Source: Eledone cirrhosa
Lineage: Eukaryota
Assembly: GCA_964016885.1 (NCBI GenBank)
Contig: OZ024743.1
Location: 334,490,001-334,554,000 of the forward strand
Length of the DNA: 64,000 nt
Direction: 5' to 3'
Shown here: one piece after another, positions 1 to 15,487 of the stretch
Position numbering within the stretch: the stretch's first letter is position 1
Layout: every line of letters starts with the position of its first letter
Made by a program: the position numbers and the translations under genes
The notes under the pieces: generated by a model
Database searches by the model: none
What the model was told of the DNA's origin: nothing
The model's input: only the letters and a program-made list of their open reading frames with translations

Positions 1-193
1 TAAAAACACACGCACCTGTTGTTTTCACTTCAATTTATTAAAAATTTCCAGTTTGTGTGTTCGATAACCGGATGGTTGTTTATATATTGTCAACGCCCTT
101 TCATCACACATTCTATGACCACCTCAGTGACTGATTTCTTATTTTATGTCTCTCCTTTGTTCCATCATAAACCATCTTGTTTTTTATGTTTTG

Positions 194-200
<7 letters not shown>
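1..200 (-). mobile_element. PLE (Neptune-like family) 3' region fragment with decayed HHR at 89-131
   Basis: Similar to 26480-26700. Minus strand reads GTCA-CTGAGGT-G-GTCATA/TGTGAT-GAAA-GGGC-GT-TGAC. Confidence 0.55.
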
Positions 201-255
<55 letters not shown>

Positions 256-395
256 CAGTATATGTTTGTAATATATATATATGAAATCCATTGGGTCCGG
301 GACAAAACTACGTTCAACTTCTCTATTACAAATATACATTTTGTTAGCACTCTGAGAATGGTTGGCTCGCGTAAACGTTCAAACTACAGCCTCGG

Positions 396-439
<44 letters not shown>

Positions 440-727
440 GACTCACAGACACACATATACACGGGCTTTGAGACACACAGACACACAGACTCACACACTG
501 ATAGACACACATATACACGGGTTCACAGACCCACAAACACACAGACCCACACACACACATATACATGGGCTCAGAAAACTCACAGACTCATATTCAGAGA
601 CATATACGCGGTAGAATACTCATGTCGATGTATACACAGAAACATGTATGAGTGGATTTATGCGTACGTTTGAAATTTCATAAAGAGTTGGGTAGCAGCA
701 ATTTATTCCATCTGCACACATATATAT

Positions 728-762
<35 letters not shown>

Positions 763-781
763 CGTATCTCTCTCTTATTCA

Positions 782-824
<43 letters not shown>

Positions 825-865
825 ACAAAGAGGGTGTGGTAAGATACCAGGTGGAACATAACGCA

Positions 866-911
<46 letters not shown>

Positions 912-1046
912 CTCTTATATATTGATTGCCAGATAAATTTAACTACGGAGATATAAAAGATACAGAAGCGAAAACCAACCAAACAGTGAGTGTGTTCTGT
1001 TATTATTTCTGGCAATATTATTACAACAATATTACAACAGCAATAT

Positions 1047-1090
<44 letters not shown>

Positions 1091-1098
<8 letters not shown>

Positions 1099-1689
1099 TG
1101 CTCCCTCGTCATCGAGTATGGCCATTGCATGATATACCATTATTCATAATTATTAATTAATTCTATCGTGCAATGCCTGTGCGTGCCGAATATTTTTAAA
1201 GTGAGGAAAGACTGTGCACTGAGCCAATCCCACTCTCTGAGTGACAGTAGCTATAACCCGAAAAGAAGAAAAGATCAGCATCATCGGTAACTACTGAGAC
1301 ACAGGTTTTATAACGGAGTTATCCTAGAAGAATGCCTTGACAAAGGCTAGGGGTCCTTCACTCCCAATTGTTTAACCGCGCGATCGTGTGTCCAGCCCGA
1401 CAATTTCTAGGTCCCCGCGTATATACATACACATGCACCCATGTCTATACACATATATATATACACACATGTGTACATGTGCATATACATATTTACAGAC
1501 TTTCGGATGGCCGTTGACCCTTATGGGTTCTTCCGCCTTTGTCAGGTTTTGTATTTTGTCCTGCAGTGTGTCCAAAATCACCCTCCTCACCAAGTAAACT
1601 TGGTGGGGTTGCCGGTTTAGCCGACGACGACCCGACCATGCGACAGGTTGTACTGGGTTACATGTTACCAGTAGCACTCAACAGTGACC
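1091..1689 (-). mobile_element. Non-autonomous RTE-derived element (5' UTR plus 3' tail), interrupted by a microsatellite
   Basis: Homologous to 1720-2289 and 14614-15218. RTE-like 5' UTR motif (TCTAGGA-AA--AACTC) and 3' hairpin CTCGATGACGAG followed by a CAT-type tail. No ORF. Confidence 0.55.
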
Positions 1690-1719
1690 GAACACATACA
1701 TACATACATACATACATAC

Positions 1720-2289
1720 ATGGTAGCTGCCAACTCGTTTTTGAGTACGGCCACTACTTTATATCCATGTAGGAGAACCCCTACCGATGCGCTGAACGAG
1801 TGTGACCGTTTAGTCCAGCCAGCGACTTGAAAACTCTGGTACAAACACTACACTTGCGACAATTATTGACACTTAGTGCTGGGCCCATGGTACCATTTGA
1901 CGACAAGTGTAGAGAGATCTCCAGATATAAAGCAATGCCTGTGCCGTGAAGCTTTTATAGTGAGCAAAGGCACTGCACAAAGCCAGTCCCACTCTCTTAA
2001 CCAAGATGATATTTACCAAAAAGAAGAACAAGTCAACATCATTGGATGCCATCAGGGCTGCAGGTGTTATATCAGAGTTTTCCTTCTCCTAGAATTCTGC
2101 CTTGACAAAGGCTAAGGGGTCATCTCTCCCGGTGATTTTGGATGGCCATTGACTCTTAAGAGGTCCTTTGCCCTTTGACAGGTTTTGTTTTTAGTCCTGC
2201 AGGATGTCCAAAGTCACCCTCCTCTCCAAGAAACCTTGGTGGGGTTGCCAGTTTAGTCGCCAACGACCCGACCATGAGACAGGTTGTAC
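1720..2289 (-). mobile_element. Non-autonomous RTE-derived element, slightly 5'-truncated
   Basis: High-identity reverse complement of 14650-15218. Flanked by (TACA)n on both sides. Confidence 0.6.
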
Positions 2290-2570
2290 ATACATAATAC
2301 ATACATATATACATACATATCATTGGCCATACATACATACATACATACATACATACATACATACATACATACATACATACATACATACATACATACATAC
2401 ATACATACACACATACATACATACATAAATATATATATATATATATATAGGAGGTGAGTTTTATTGTAGCACAATAAAGCAATGCAAATATCGGATAAGT
2501 AGCACTCTACAGTTTGTAGGACTGGAGTATAAATAATATAAGATCAACAGATGGTTAAAAGAGTTCCAAG

Positions 2571-2641
2571 TATTTTATTGTGCGCATTTCAAAAACAAAT
2601 ATTATCATGGGATGATATCTGCGTTCTCATCAGATAAAATA
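2571..2641 (-). ncRNA. Type I hammerhead ribozyme, probably inactive (U16.1 changed to C)
   Basis: TATTTTAT-CTGATGA-stem II-GAAA-TGCGCA-CA-ATAAAATA. Confidence 0.65.
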
Positions 2642-3806
2642 GGGATACATGATATGAAGCTTAAAAACCACTTGTGAATAGTGAAGATTTAAATCAACAT
2701 GTGAAAAATAATTTAAGATTGATGTATGAGATTGTGAAAAATGAGGGGTGGGGGTTGAAAAGGTATGGAAGAGGAGGAGATGAGAGCAAAGAATGGTGGG
2801 GGAGGAGTATAAGAAGGGAGGATGAGAGAGGAGGAGAGATGGGTGATAGAGAGAGAGAGAGAGATAGCCTTTACAACTGAGAAAAAAATATATATTGTCT
2901 CACAGAGAGAAGTTAAAAAGCCGTTGAAAGATAATAGATAATTTAAAAGAATTTTAAATTAAAAGTTAATGAGGTTTATGCATGGAGAGATAAAGGAAAT
3001 AAGAATAATATTAAATTAAGGTTTGTATATTGAAGGGTTTAATAAAATGTGCGAGTAAAAAAATTATTAATATGTATTATTAAAATAAAAATATTAATGT
3101 TACGGATATAATGTGAAAAGAAGGAGAAGAATGAATGAGTTATGAATTTAGAGGAATTAGTTAGGGTTTAAATTTGTTTTTATGTAATGTAATATGTGTA
3201 CGTAATATGTGTACGTAAATAGTTTGTTTAAAAATTAGCGCAGAAGGCAAAGAAGAAAAGAATGTTTAAGGAAGAAAATATCTAACATCAAAAAATATAT
3301 ATGTTTACGAAATATTTTCTAATGGTAATAATATAATATATTAAAAGAAATCAGTTAGGGTTTAAGTTTGTTTTTATGTATTGTAATATGTAAAAGTCAA
3401 ACGAGCATGAAAAGATGAGAAAAGAAATTTAAGGAAGAAAAATCTAACGTAAAAAAAAATGTTTATGTTTACGAAGGACTATTAAAGGTAATACTATAAT
3501 GTATTAAACAAATAATAATTTTTATGGCCAATGATATGAGGAAAGATGGAAGAATGGATAATGTTGTGGTGAGTAATAATAAGAATTGAGAAGTAGTTAG
3601 GAAGAAAAAGTACAGATTACAGGTTAGAAATTAAAAAGAAAAAAGGAAGAAAGGAAAGTGATAAAGAGGAATGATATAGAATGACTAACTTGTATTATAT
3701 AATATATATTAAATAATATTGAAATAAGGTAGAAAGATGTGTATATTTTTAAAAGATATATAAGCCTTTGAGAAAAAAAGATGTTAAACTAGTAAGGTAT
3801 TAGATA

Positions 3807-4213
3807 TTAGCTGTATACTTTATGGAATGTACTGTGGAATTTATGCAAGCAGAGAGAAAATAAATCCGTGCGTCTATTTATTATAGAATTGAAATTAGAT
3901 ATAATGGTAAATTTCTCAGCTAGGCAAAGATTACATGTTCTGGATAGGGAGGCATTCAAGTAGGGAGAGGCAGAACAAACCTTTCTCCAAGAGATGTTAT
4001 AGTTGATATTTTTGTCTTTCAAGGACCATATGAGTTCTGAGAGCGCCGTGTTAGTTCTTTTAAGTTGGTATTTAAAAGACGAATTGTGATTATAAAATCT
4101 AACTTTAAAGGAGGGGGAAGTGGAACCTAAATAGGTAAAGGAATTGGTATCAGTTATAACCTTACATTCATAGACTAAGTTTTCATCAAGACAATGGTTA
4201 TTAAGAGGACATT
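3807..4213 (-). pseudogene. PLE GIY-YIG endonuclease fragment
   Basis: CPLNNHCLDENLVYECKV...TYLGSTSPSFKVRFYNH...CNLCLAEK...CLHKFH. Paralogous to the C-terminus of the 21175 ORF. Confidence 0.85.
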
Positions 4214-4261
4214 AAATCTTCCCTATTCACAAGTGTTTTTAAGCTTCATATCATGTATCCC

Positions 4262-4332
4262 TATTTTATCTGATGAGAACGCAGATATCATCACATGATG
4301 ATATTTGTTTTTGAAATGCGCATAATAAAATA
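4262..4332 (+). ncRNA. Type I hammerhead ribozyme with minimal palindromic stem III
   Basis: TATTTTAT-CTGATGA-GAACGCAGATATCATC/GATGATATTTGTTTTT-GAAA-TGCGCA-TA^ATAAAATA. Confidence 0.85.
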
Positions 4333-4477
4333 CTTGGAACTCTTTTAACCATCTTTTGATCTTATATATATATATATTTCTAGCGATCGACTTTCGTCAA
4401 ATCGGACCGAGGAAACAATGTTTCCGTTGGTCTTTCTAGTTGCTAATACTATCTATCGGTCGCAACTCCAGGTAGAA

Positions 4478-4598
4478 GGGGCAACGTGAAATAAAGTGCC
4501 TTGCTCAAGGACATAACGCATCGCCCGGTCCAGGAATGGAACTCACAACCTCAAGATTGTCAATCCAATTCTCTAACCACTCAGCCACACGCCTCCAC
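4478..4598 (-). mobile_element. tRNA-derived SINE head
   Basis: A box TGGCTGAGTGG and degenerate B box GAGTTCCATTCC, then GTCCTTGAGCAAGGCACTTTATTTCAC. Similar to 57530-57643. Confidence 0.7.
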
Positions 4599-4599
4599 A

Positions 4600-4750
<151 letters not shown>

Positions 4751-5231
4751 GAGCTTTGACAATTTCTGTTGACCGCAATTCCCTCCTACGATATATTGAA
4801 CAATAGAGTTGCAAACACAGCAGAAGAAATGAGTGTGAATATACATATATATACTTACGGCATTGTTTTAAATGTGAATAATCGGCACATCCAAGTCTTT
4901 CCGTGTTTGCTCCTTTGAAACATCGTAAATAACCAGGAATACACTGACCGTTGTCACATTTGAATTCGTCTTGTTTACATGGGCTTAGCTCTGAAAAGAA
5001 ATTTAATTAAAAAAAAAAAGACACATAAAATGTTTTCATGGCAGATGTTTGTCTTCATCGTAAAGCAATAAAACAGAATCGATTATTGATTTAGGAGTAG
5101 ATCAAGCGGAAAGTAATGGACGGTGTAAATCAAACTGTGTTAATTATTACTGCACAGTATACGTGAATCAAGGTACACACAAACATTTACACACTCATAG
5201 ATATACATGAACAGCTACGTGCAGACACCAC

Positions 5232-5781
<550 letters not shown>

Positions 5782-5857
5782 ATATATATATATATATATA
5801 TATATAGAGGAACGAGTAGGACCCCGACGGCTGAGCTCAAGCCGTTTCGACGGCTAA

Positions 5858-6374
5858 TATACGTGGAAAAGTAAGAAATCTGAGAATAGACCGTTAAAAC
5901 ATGTTTATTTAACACAGCACCTACGTACGTTTCGCCCAGTTGGGCTTCTCAAGGGCATAAATAACGAAAAGTGTTCCTTACATTGCTCGGAGAGGTTACC
6001 TCTCTTGACCTGCTGCAAAACCAAAACACGCTATTTTTGCGAGCAATGAACCTTGACGTGAACTTAACCACCAAAACTCTTTCTGAGCAATGTAGGGACA
6101 CTTTTGGTTATTTATGTCCCTGAGAAGCCCAACTGGGCGAAACGTACGTAGGTGCTGTATTAAAGAAACATGTTTCAACGGTCTGTTCTCCGATTTCTTA
6201 CATTTCCACGTGCTTACGCTCTGCTAACTCTCTCGCCCACTAAATATTAACACTTCGAATATTTAATACTGCCGGCACTAGTATTGAGCACTTTTGCATA
6301 CGCTACTTAGCATTTAACTACATGTATCACCTATCCCAACTTTTCTTCTCTCTCTCGATACCTAAATACTGTAC
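5858..6374 (+). mobile_element. Fold-back non-coding PLE-like insertion with HHR in both arms
   Basis: Inverted arms about 5860-5992 and 6078-6211. HHR motifs at 5917-5956(-) and 6116-6155(+). Ends in (TA)n. Confidence 0.65.
5917..5956 (-). ncRNA. Minimal hammerhead ribozyme, U3:A8 core variant
   Basis: GCCC-TTGAGAA-GCCC AACT GGGC-GAAA-CGTACG-TA^GGTGC. Confidence 0.6.
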
Positions 6375-6406
6375 ATATATATATATATATATATATTATG
6401 TATATA

Positions 6407-6492
<86 letters not shown>

Positions 6493-6502
6493 TATATATA
6501 TA

Positions 6503-6587
<85 letters not shown>

Positions 6588-6760
6588 TATATATATAAAA
6601 TTTCAGGTTATCAATAATGTAGTGATAATATATCGTTACGTTAGAGATGAACAGCGTAGGTGTAGGTATGCTCAACGAGTATAAATTATATTCCGGAGAA
6701 AATGTAGAAAAGATGAATATATTCATTTAAAAAAAAGCACTTTCATTTTATATTCATCTT

Positions 6761-7584
<824 letters not shown>

Positions 7585-7734
7585 AAAGAACACAAAAGCG
7601 TCTACAACATCAAAAGACGCTCTTGTGTTCTTTATCATATATACGACTCTGCTCCAAAGCATAGAACTAATTATTATGCTGCCAATACCTTAATGGGACA
7701 CGGGTATACAATACCTAACTCATATTAACCTAAG

Positions 7735-7838
<104 letters not shown>

Positions 7839-7853
7839 CTTGGTAGATTTATC

Positions 7854-7913
<60 letters not shown>

Positions 7914-7937
7914 TATATATATATATATATATACATG

Positions 7938-7981
<44 letters not shown>

Positions 7982-8044
7982 TTTATATATATATCCATAT
8001 ATGCATTTATATATATATGCATATATATATGTATATATATATGC

Positions 8045-8133
<89 letters not shown>

Positions 8134-8270
8134 TATATAGATAAATCTACCAAAATGTACGGTAGTGTCCAATCCGTATGAAGAACTCAATGTAATCCGA
8201 ATATCATGAAAAGAGAAGATGTATTCAACATTTTTTTTCGATGAAAAACACAGGAAAACAGAGTGAAGAT

Positions 8271-8565
8271 AAATTAATAAAAATAATGAATAAAAACAAA
8301 GAAACAGTTCCTTATATTAAAAAGTTCATCATTTTACGATTGTTTCTAGGATATATATGTGTGTGTTTTGGTATACCTACACATATATGCATATATATGT
8401 GTAGGTATATATATTCCCTCTGATAGTTTGTAAACATTTTACATAGATCTATATGATATACATACCAAAACACACACATATATATCCTAGAAACGATCGT
8501 AAAATGATGAATTTTTTAATATAAGGAACTGTTTCTTTGTTTTTATTCATTATTTTTATTAATTT
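8271..8565. repeat. Inverted repeat, arms about 105 bp
   Basis: 8271-8374 is the reverse complement of 8463-8565. Confidence 0.85.
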
Positions 8566-8637
8566 AAATGCATATATATATATATATATATATGCATATA
8601 TATATATATATGCATATATATATATATATATATATGC

Positions 8638-8686
<49 letters not shown>

Positions 8687-8722
8687 TAATATATATATAT
8701 ATATGCATATATATATATATTA

Positions 8723-8768
<46 letters not shown>

Positions 8769-8866
8769 TATATATATATATGCATATATATATGCATATA
8801 TATATATATGTATATATGCATATATATATATATATGCATATATATATATATGCATATATATATATA

Positions 8867-8930
<64 letters not shown>

Positions 8931-9173
8931 TATATATATATATATATATGCATATATATATATATGCATATATATATGCATATATATGCATATATATATG
9001 CATATATATATATATATATATATATATGCATATATATATATATATATATGCATATATATATATATATATATATATATGCATATATATATATATATATATA
9101 TATATGCATATATATATATATATATGCATATATATATATATATGCAAATATATATATATGCATATATATATAT

Positions 9174-9274
<101 letters not shown>

Positions 9275-9310
9275 TATATATATATATGCATATATATATA
9301 TATATATGCA

Positions 9311-11311
9311 CTACTTGACACCGAGATTGCACTCAAACTTTCCCATGAGAATGAGAGGGCAAAGAAAGAGAACAGGGCCATAGAAAATATTAAAACAAAC
9401 CCTAAGGCCTTCTTTAAATTTGCAAAAGAAACTGCCTCAGTACACTGCAAGATTGGGCCACTCTTCCACACGGACGGTTCATTAACCGAAAACCCCCAAG
9501 AATTATGTGAAATGCTGAACTAACAGTACAAAAGTGTGTTCACATGTCCACTGAGGCACATGCAAATAACGAAGCCAGAGGAGTTCTTTGATGCCACAAG
9601 ACTACCTGAAGAAATGGCAACCATCAACCACATAGACATAACAGAGGAGGATGTGGTGTACGCCATTGATGAAATTAGAACAGACTCGGCTGCTGGATCT
9701 GATGGATTCCCAGTAGTTCTCTTCTCTTAAAAATATGTAAGCGGGCCATAACAACTCCACTGAAGATGCTCTTCAGAAGCTCCTTGGCTAGCGGTGTACT
9801 ACCCAGGGAGCTGAAAGAAGGCACAATATGCCCTATCGATAAAGGAGGTAGTAGAGCGGAGGCCAAGAACTATAGGCCAGTCTCCCTCACGTCGCATATC
9901 AGTAAGGTCATGGAGCGAGTCGTCAGAAAGAAACTAATCACTTTCCTCGAGGAAAATGACTGCCTGACTAGCACGCAACATGGCTTCCGCCCAGGAAGAA
10001 GCTGCCTTACACAGCTGCTACATCACTACGACTGGGTACTGAGACAACTACTAGACAACTCACATGTGGACGTGATATATCTTGACTTTGCGAAGGCCTT
10101 TGACAAGGTCGACCACGGAATGATATGTCACAAACTACACGGGCTCGGCATAACTGGAAAAGTAGGTGAGTGGCTGCATGGCTTCCTAATGGACAGAAGC
10201 CAGGCAGTCGCAGCAAATGGGGCCCTAAACACCGATAACAAGTGTGGTGCCCCAGGGGACAGTCCTGGGACCACTACTGTTTTTGGTGGCTCTCTCGGAT
10301 ATGCCCTCTGTAGTGCATGCAACAACATCCCTCACTAGCTATGCTGATGACACTAAGGTAGCACAGGCAATCAAAAACCCGGCTGACGCTGCCCTTTTAC
10401 AGCAGGATCTGGATGCCATATACAAATGGGCGGAAGAAAATAACATGCAGTTTAATGCTGGCAAATTCCAAGCCCTACAATACAAACCTGCAAACACAAA
10501 TATAGTGGAACACAGCTACACAGGACCAGGAGGGACCGATATCCCCGTGTCAAAATCGATACGAGACCTGGGCATAGACATGAGCGATGATGCATCTTTT
10601 TCTTCACACATCATGAAAGTGGCGACAACGTGCAGACGACTTGAGGACTTTCCGGACAAGAGATAGAGACACCATGTTGACACTGTGGAGGACTTTTGTC
10701 CCATGCCGCCTGGACTACTGCTCCCAGTTGTGGTCACCCCATAGTGTCAGACTAACCACGGAGCTTGAGGCAATCCAGCGAAGCTACACCAAGAGGATTG
10801 CCAAGATGAGGGAGACAAGCTACTGGGAGAGGCTAAAGGAACTGAAACTCTACTCCTTGGAGCGAAGACGGGAGAGATACACAGTGATCCACATGTGGAA
10901 AATCCTGGAGGGACTAGCACCAAACTTTGGCATTGGGAGCTGGACCAACCGTCGAACAGGACGTCACTGTGTGGTGCCAAAGGTCCCGTCTTCCACATCT
11001 AGAATAAGGAGCAGGTATTGCAATAGCCTGGGATTCAAGGGCCCTCAACTCTTCAACAGGCTGCCGAGGGATCTGAGAGACTTGCATGACGTGGAGGTGG
11101 ATGTCTTTAAGAAACATCTCGACACCTTGTTATCCAGGATCCCGGATGAGCCCACAGGAAGACACGAGGAAAACCTTAGGACAGCAGCAACAAACTCCCT
11201 CTTACACCAGTGTCCAACCTATACAGGCTGGAGATAAAATGTGTAGCAACAAGGGCGGTACCCCAGCATGGCCTCAGCCGGATGGCTGAAACAGGTAAAA
11301 GAGTAAAAGAG
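9311..11311 (+). mobile_element. 5'-truncated CR1-group LINE (RT pseudogene) inserted in (TA)n
   Basis: [89 protein letters not shown]. Contains stops and frameshifts. 3' hairpin and (GTAAAAGA)2 tail. Confidence 0.92.
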
Positions 11312-11387
11312 TATATATATATATATATGGATATATATGCATATATATATATATATGCATATATATATATATCCATATATATATAAA

Positions 11388-11483
<96 letters not shown>

Positions 11484-11523
11484 TAGATATATATATATAT
11501 ATGCATATATATATATATATGCA

Positions 11524-11586
<63 letters not shown>

Positions 11587-11616
11587 AGATCAAAAGATGG
11601 TTAAAGGAGTTCAATA

Positions 11617-11687
11617 TATTTTATTATGCGCATTTCAAAAACAAACATCATCAAACAATAATATTTGTGTTTTCATCAGATAAAACA
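11617..11687 (-). ncRNA. Type I hammerhead ribozyme
   Basis: TGTTTTAT-CTGATGA-stem II-GAAA-TGCGCA-TA^ATAAAATA. Confidence 0.85.
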
Positions 11688-12907
11688 GGAGAACATGATA
11701 TGAAGGCTAAAAAAACACTTGTTGATAGTGCAGTTTTAAATCAACATATGAAAAGTGGTTTTAGATTGATGTGTGATATTGGGAAAAATATTTTATTTAG
11801 AGAGGGGGGGAGAGAAAAGGATGAAAAGGGAAGGAGATGAGAGGGAGAGATGGGTGATAGAGAGAAAGAGATAGTTTTTATAACAGAGAGGAGATATATT
11901 TTATATAGAGGGGTTGAAAACCGTTGGAAGATACTGTATAAATTAAAAATTTTGAAAATTAACGAAGGGAGGATATGTGCGAGGAAAAAATATATTATAT
12001 TTAGGGAGGGGTGGGGGTGGAAAGGATGAAAAAAAGGGAGGAGATGAGAGTGAAGGTGGAAAGGGAGAGATGGGTGATAGAGAGAAAGAGATAGTTTTTA
12101 TAACTGAGAAAAAGATATAATGTTTTAATATAGAGAGGTTGGGAACCGTTGGAAGATAATGTATAAATTAAAGGAATTTGAAAATTAACGAAGGGAAATT
12201 ATGTATGGAGATAGAGAGAAAAAAATAACGAAGGGAGATTATGTATGGAGATAGAGAGAAAAAAATAATAATTGTGGGTGAATATTCAAAAGGAGAAATG
12301 TAGGAATCTTAAAATTAGCAAAGAGAAAAAGTTTATGTATAGGATTTGAGAAAAATTTATATTGAATTCATATGTATTAATAATGAGTTCGTTGATGGGG
12401 AGAAAAAAATAATAATAATAAATTAAGGATGAAATTGAGATTAAAAAGATTTATGATAGAGAGAAAAAATAATAATGATTGCGGATGAATACTCAAAATG
12501 TCAAAAACAAATGTTATTGTTTTACGAAGAGATATAATGAGGGTGATGAGTAAACGGGTATTATAGAGTGTATAATGCCCTTTAAAGTAAGGTAGATGGG
12601 TATATTTTAAAGAATATATGAGTATATATTAAAAAAAAATATATATAATAATAAATTAAGGATGAAATTGAGATTAAAAAGATTTATGATAGAGGGAAAA
12701 AAAAAAATAATAATGATTGCGGATGAATATTCAAAATGTCAAAAACAAATGTTATTGTTTTACGAGAAGATAGGATGAGGTAAATGAATAAACGAGTACT
12801 ATAGAGTGTATAATGCCCTTTAAAGTAAGGTAGATGGGTATATTTTAAAGAGGTGTATGTATATGTGCCTTTGAGAAAAGATTCTAAATTGATAAAGAAT
12901 TGAATAT

Positions 12908-13740
12908 TAACTGTATACTTTGTGAAAAGTTCTATGGAATTTATGAAGGCAGATGGAAAACAAATCCGAGCGTCTATTTATTATGGATTCTAGGTTAGAG
13001 ATAATGGTAAATTTTTCATTTAGGCAGAGATTACAGATTTTAGATAGAGAACTGTTCAAGTACGAGGATGCAGAAGAAATCTTTTTCCAAAAGATGTTAT
13101 ATTTAATGTTTTTGTCTTTTAAGGACCATATGAGTTCTGAGAGAGCAGTGTTAGTTCTTTTAAGTTTGTATTTGAAAGATGAATGATGATTATAGAGACG
13201 AGCTTTAAAAGAGGTGGAAGTGGAGCCAAAATAGGTGAAGGAGTTGGTGCTAGTTATAATTTTACATTCATAAATTAAGTTTTTATCGAGGCAATGGTTG
13301 TTGAGAGGACATTTATTTTTAATGCGGCAGTTGCAATTAGAGAGATTATTAATGAGTGATCTAGTGTTATCTATAGAAGGAATTGGATTGGAGAAGTTGT
13401 TTGCGATAGGAATAATAGGAATAATAGTTTCTTGATTTAGAGTTGGATTATGAACATTTAGCGAAGTTGTGTTTGACGTTGCATTTGGGTTTACAGAAGT
13501 TAGCCTAGGGTTTACAATGACGTCAGGAGTACTATTATTGTTATTATGAGATTCAATATTGGAAGGAAGAGATTTAGTATTTAATATTTTGTTGTTGTGT
13601 TTAGAAATGATGTTGGAAATATTGGAGGATGTAGAATACGAAAATTTAATGGTGTGTTTGTTAAATATTTTACTATAGATATGTGAGGGAGGGAAGCATT
13701 TATTTAAGGCACTAAAAAATAATTTAGGAATATTGTTATT
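12908..13740 (-). pseudogene. PLE linker plus GIY-YIG fragment
   Basis: Near-identical to 21175-22008. Confidence 0.85.
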
Positions 13741-14276
13741 TTTTTCTCTCTATCTCCATACATAATTTCCCTTCGTTAATTTTCAAATTCCTTTAATTTA
13801 TACATTATCTTCCAACGGTTCCCAACCTCTCTATATTAAAACATTATATCTTTTTCTCAGTTATAAAAACTATCTCTTTCTCTCTATCACCCATCTCTCC
13901 CTTTCCACCTTCACTCTCATCTCCTCCCTTTTTTTCATCCTTTCCACCCCCACCCCTCCCTAAATATAATATATTTTTTCCTCGCACATATCCTCCCTTC
14001 GTTAATTTTCAAAATTTTTAATTTATACAGTATCTTCCAACGGTTTTCAACCCCTCTATATAAAATATATCTCCTCTCTGTTATAAAAACTATCTCTTTC
14101 TCTCTATCACCCATCTCTCCCTCTCATCTCCTTCCCTTTTCATCCTTTTCTCTCCCCCCCTCTCTAAATAAAATATTTTTCCCAATATCACACATCAATC
14201 TAAAACCACTTTTCATATGTTGATTTAAAACTGCACTATCAACAAGTGTTTTTTTAGCCTTCATATCATGTTCTCC

Positions 14277-14347
14277 TGTTTTATCTGATGAAAACACAAA
14301 TATTATTGTTTGATGATGTTTGTTTTTGAAATGCGCATAATAAAATA
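14277..14347 (+). ncRNA. Type I hammerhead ribozyme
   Basis: Inverted copy of 11617-11687. Confidence 0.85.
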
Positions 14348-14510
14348 TATTGAACTCCTTTAACCATCTTTTGATCTTATATTATGCATACTCCAGTCCC
14401 ACAAACTGTAGAGTGCTTCTTATCCGATATCTGCATTGCTTTATTGTACTACAATAAAACTCACCTCCTACATTTATATATATATATATATATATGCATA
14501 TATATATATA

Positions 14511-14599
<89 letters not shown>

Positions 14600-14613
14600 A
14601 TATATGTATGTCA

Positions 14614-14691
14614 GGTCACTAGTTGGTGCTACCGGTAACATGTATCCCAGTACAACCTGTCTCGTGATCGGGTCGTTGGCGACTACACTGG
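14614..14691 (+). ncRNA. Candidate HDV-like ribozyme
   Basis: P1 GGTCAC/GTGATC, P2 CCAGT/ACTGG, ACA-ACC-TGT, GG, P4 TCG-TTGG-CGA, CTAC (CTAA in sister copies). L3 is atypically short. Confidence 0.4.
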
Positions 14692-15218
14692 CAACCCAGC
14701 AAGGTTTCTTGGTGAGGAGGGTGACTTTGGACATCCTGCAGGACTAAAAACAAAACCTGTCAAAGGGCAAAGGAGCTCTTAAGAGTCAATGACCATCCAA
14801 AATCACCGGGAGAGATGACCCCTTAGCCTTTGTCAAGGCAGAATTCTAGGAGAAGGCAAACTCTGATATAACACCTCCAACCCTGATGGTATCCAATGAT
14901 GTTGACTAGTTCTTCTTTTTGGTAAATATCATCTTGGTTAAGAGAGTGGGACTGGCTTTGTGCAGGGCCTTTGCTCACAATAAAAGCTTCACGGCACAGG
15001 CATTGCTTTATATCTGGAGATCTCTCTGCACTTCTTGTCACATGGTACCATGGGCCCAGCACTATGTGTCAATAATTGTCACAAGTGTAGTCTTTGTACC
15101 AGAGTTTTCAAGTCGCTGGCTAGACTAAAAAGTCACACTCGTTCAGCGCAACGGTAGAGGTTCTCCTACATGGATATAAAGTAGTGGCCGTACTCGAAAA
15201 CGAGTTGGCAGCCACCAT
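14614..15218 (+). mobile_element. Non-autonomous RTE-derived element, apparently full length
   Basis: Homologous to 1091-1689 and 1720-2289. Starts at GGTCAC and ends CTCGAAAACGAGTTGGCAGCCACCAT. Confidence 0.6.
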
Positions 15219-15229
15219 GTATATATATG

Positions 15230-15279
<50 letters not shown>

Positions 15280-15290
15280 CATGTATTCTT

Positions 15291-15330
<40 letters not shown>

Positions 15331-15399
15331 TATGAAGAGAGAAGAAACATTTAGATATAATTAGTTATAAAATGTATCATACCTAAACTGCTCCTAAAT

Positions 15400-15487
15400 T
15401 CCTCGACTACGTAGTTTCGTGGCATAAACAAAAACAATATATCAAAGATATAGAGTCCTTGCGAGGTCTGCCGACTTATCAAGAGGA
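15400..15487 (-). ncRNA. Hammerhead ribozyme, U3:A8 variant
   Basis: Inverted copy of 16089-16176. Confidence 0.75.

Larger units (their letters stand above)
2449..4363 (-). mobile_element. 5'-truncated Naiad-type PLE with inverted arm (4222-4363)
   Basis: GIY-YIG C-terminus, long 3' UTR, HHR and 3' end AAACTCACCTCC. Inverted HHR-bearing arm. (TA)n on both sides. Confidence 0.85.
11581..14472. mobile_element. Naiad-type PLE insertion with two inverted arms
   Basis: Minus arm 11581-13740 carries the ORF C-terminus and UTR. Plus arm 13741-14472 carries UTR, HHR and the full 3' end. Very similar to 19952-22010. Confidence 0.88.

Noticed and set aside
8271-8565. HHR in this inverted repeat
   Set aside because: The closest match (ATGATGA...GAAC) has two core mismatches in both arms; kept only as an inverted repeat.
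10344-10350. CTGATGA as an HHR core
   Set aside because: It encodes the YADD motif of the LINE RT, with no stems or GAAA in register.
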